A stretch of DNA of 64,000 nucleotides from an uncultured Solirubrobacterales bacterium. Lineage in GTDB: Bacteria > Actinomycetota > Thermoleophilia > Solirubrobacterales > 70-9. Location of the stretch: contig CAWFMO010000002.1 of NCBI GenBank assembly GCA_963817065.1, forward strand, positions 559,745 through 623,744, written 5' to 3'. Below, one piece after another: positions 62,324-64,000 of this stretch. The translations under genes and the position numbers were made by a program. Position 1 is the stretch's first letter; each line of letters starts with the position of its first letter. The notes under the pieces were generated by a model. The model was not told where the DNA came from and searched no databases. It saw only the letters and a list, made by a program, of their open reading frames with translations.

Positions 62324-64000
62324 CTACTTCTTTCGCTTCCGCTTCTTCTTGCATTTCGCCTTCCGCTTCTTGCTGCTGGCCGCGGGCCGCCCTCGCCGTT
62401 TCTTCCGCTTCTTGCACCGCCGCGCGGGGCTCCCACTCGCCTGTGTCACGACCGGGGCGACGGCGGGGGCGGGGGCGGGCGGGGCGAGCGGGCAGGGCAC
62501 CTCGCTGCACCCCCGTTCGTAGGAGCCGGCGTCGCAGCCGCCGAAGGCCGGGCGCGCCGCGCCACGCTGGTCGACACCTAGCGGTGTGGATTCAAGATCC
62601 AGGCAGGCCGCGGGCGGGACGACGTTGAGCGCCGGGCTCATCGGGCCGAGGGCGTGAGTCGCGGTCGGGCCGCCGTTGTTCGCCAGACCTTCGGGCACCG
62701 CCAGCGTGTTGGGGAGATCGGTGTCGACATTGGGCCCGACGCAGCTCTCACCAGCGTCGACGTTGTAGGCGTCGGCGACAGCCGCCGTCTGGCATCCCTC
62801 CCCCGCCTGATTGATCAGCGAGCCACGCAGGGTCAGGGGGCCGGCGTTGGCGATCCCGTCGAGCGTCCCGTCGGTGGTATTGAGGGCGATCGTCGTGTGC
62901 ACGAGCTTCGTCGTAGCCGTCGCCGGGAATTGGGTGGCGATCGCGCCGCCAACGTCGACGGCCGGGCCGGTCGTGCTGTTCCCCGAGATCGTCGAGTTGA
63001 GCGCCTCGAGCGAGGTGGCGAAGTCCTGCCAGATCCCGCCGCCCCCCGGCCTCGGCAAAGGGGGCAGCGCATTCAGCGTATGGGTGAACACGTTGTTGCC
63101 GCTGATCGTGCTGCCGGTGATCCGAAGCGGCGCGGGGCCGCTGAGATCAATTCCCGCGCCGTGTGCCACGTCGCCGTCTTCCGGGGAGGTGACGTCATTG
63201 TCCTTGATCGTCGAGTCCTGGATCGTGGATGTACCGGTGGCGGTGCTGATCACGATCCCGCCCCCCCGGATCTCGGTCGGGTTCGCGTTCGCTACCTGGG
63301 TGGCCGTGTTGTCCTCGACCAGGGTGCGGACGATGCTCGTCCCGATCTCCGAAAAGAGACCCCCGCCGGCCACGCTCGCCATGTTCCCCCTCAGCGACAT
63401 GCCCGGCGGTCCTCCGATCGAGGAGTCCGAGATGCTCAGCGAGCCTCCCGAGTCCTTGTAGATCCCGCCGCCGCGGGCGGCGACGTTCCTGATCACGACG
63501 CTTGACTTCAGCGACAGCAAGCTGCCCGTGGCGGCGAAGATGCCGCCGCCGTCGTTGCCGGTGAGGCCATCCTCGATCACGACCGTGTCGATCGTCACCG
63601 GTGTGGTCGCGAGGACGTGGATCACCCGGTCGATGTCGGCCCCGTCGATCACGTCGAGCGGGCCGGCAATCGGGTCCAGGTCGCCCCTGATCGTCAGTCC
63701 GGCGTCGGCGCCCGGCGGCTGCCTGATGTCGAGGTCGCCGCCGGCGTTCAAGTTCTCATCCGGAGTGCCCGCGAGGGTGTAGGAGCTGTCGGGGGCGTCG
63801 AGGGTGATCAGGTCGGCGGTGGCGCTCTGACCGTCGACGCAGCCGTCGGCAGGGTTGGCGCTGTTCGCCTGGGCGCTGGTGACCGCTTCGCGAAGCGAGC
63901 AGTTCGCGTCATTGGCGACCGTGTCGGCCACGATGTTCACCGGAATCGTCGCCGCGGATGCCGCCGGTACGAGCCAGAGCCCCAGCGCCGCCAAGATCAC
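62324..64000 (-). CDS. Secreted right-handed beta-helix protein with CSLREA motif and choice-of-anchor-Q-like C-region, Cys/polybasic tail (5' end at or just beyond the window edge)
   Basis: - (V)ILAALGLWLVPAASA signal h-region.
- NCSLREAVTSAQAN.
- Repeated GGGI/GGGL beta-helix rungs.
- LANNGGPTATHAL...GVDQRGAARPAFGGCDAGSYE.
- Tail ARRCKKRKKRRGRPAASSKKRKAKCKKKRKRKK. Confidence 0.85.
   Translation of the reverse strand: MILAALGLWLVPAASAATIPVNIVADTVANDANCSLREAVTSAQANSANPADGCVDGQSATADLITLDAPDSSYTLAGTPDENLNAGGDLDIRQPPGADAGLTIRGDLDPIAGPLDVIDGADIDRVIHVLATTPVTIDTVVIEDGLTGNDGGGIFAATGSLLSLKSSVVIRNVAARGGGIYKDSGGSLSISDSSIGGPPGMSLRGNMASVAGGGLFSEIGTSIVRTLVEDNTATQVANANPTEIRGGGIVISTATGTSTIQDSTIKDNDVTSPEDGDVAHGAGIDLSGPAPLRITGSTISGNNVFTHTLNALPPLPRPGGGGIWQDFATSLEALNSTISGNSTTGPAVDVGGAIATQFPATATTKLVHTTIALNTTDGTLDGIANAGPLTLRGSLINQAGEGCQTAAVADAYNVDAGESCVGPNVDTDLPNTLAVPEGLANNGGPTATHALGPMSPALNVVPPAACLDLESTPLGVDQRGAARPAFGGCDAGSYERGCSEVPCPLAPPAPAPAVAPVVTQASGSPARRCKKRKKRRGRPAASSKKRKAKCKKKRKRKK

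Overview
Very high-GC (~70%+) bacterial chromosome, actinobacterial in style. My guess from gene content and order is a Thermoleophilia/Rubrobacteria-like lineage, but no database search was possible. All family calls come from reading the ORF-track translations and my own translations.

Layout:
- 1-4.6 kb: the rpmG-secE-nusG-rplK-rplA-(insert)-rplJ ribosomal cluster on the minus strand. A secreted TolB-like/RTX protein gene is wedged between rplA and rplJ.
- 4.7-21.3 kb: four giant, translationally coupled minus-strand genes for secreted repeat proteins (TolB-like propeller, DUF11, PKD-like and about 29 two-Cys Ig-like repeats).
- 21.4-55.2 kb: housekeeping and envelope genes. These include acyl-CoA dehydrogenase, an FHA protein, tRNA-Thr/Tyr/Thr, folE2, pgsA, udg, a glycosylation module, a two-component system, holB-tmk-topA, an epimerase, an O-antigen-ligase-like protein, sirC, hemolysin III, two tandem S8 proteases, nrdR-nrdJ and a PQQ-type dehydrogenase.
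- ~56.0-62.3 kb: a lower-GC island with a heavily frameshifted type III-like restriction-modification pair and a small DUF4145/membrane-protein module.
- 62.3-64.0 kb: a beta-helix (CSLREA / choice-of-anchor-Q-like) surface protein that runs off the window.

Most interesting signal: at least seven unrelated signal-peptide proteins end in a Cys-bracketed polylysine/polybasic C-terminal tail with no hydrophobic helix. I do not recognise this as any named sorting signal, and it behaves like a portable surface-retention or sorting module.

Many long ORFs in the track are antisense or out-of-frame shadows typical of high-GC DNA and were rejected.
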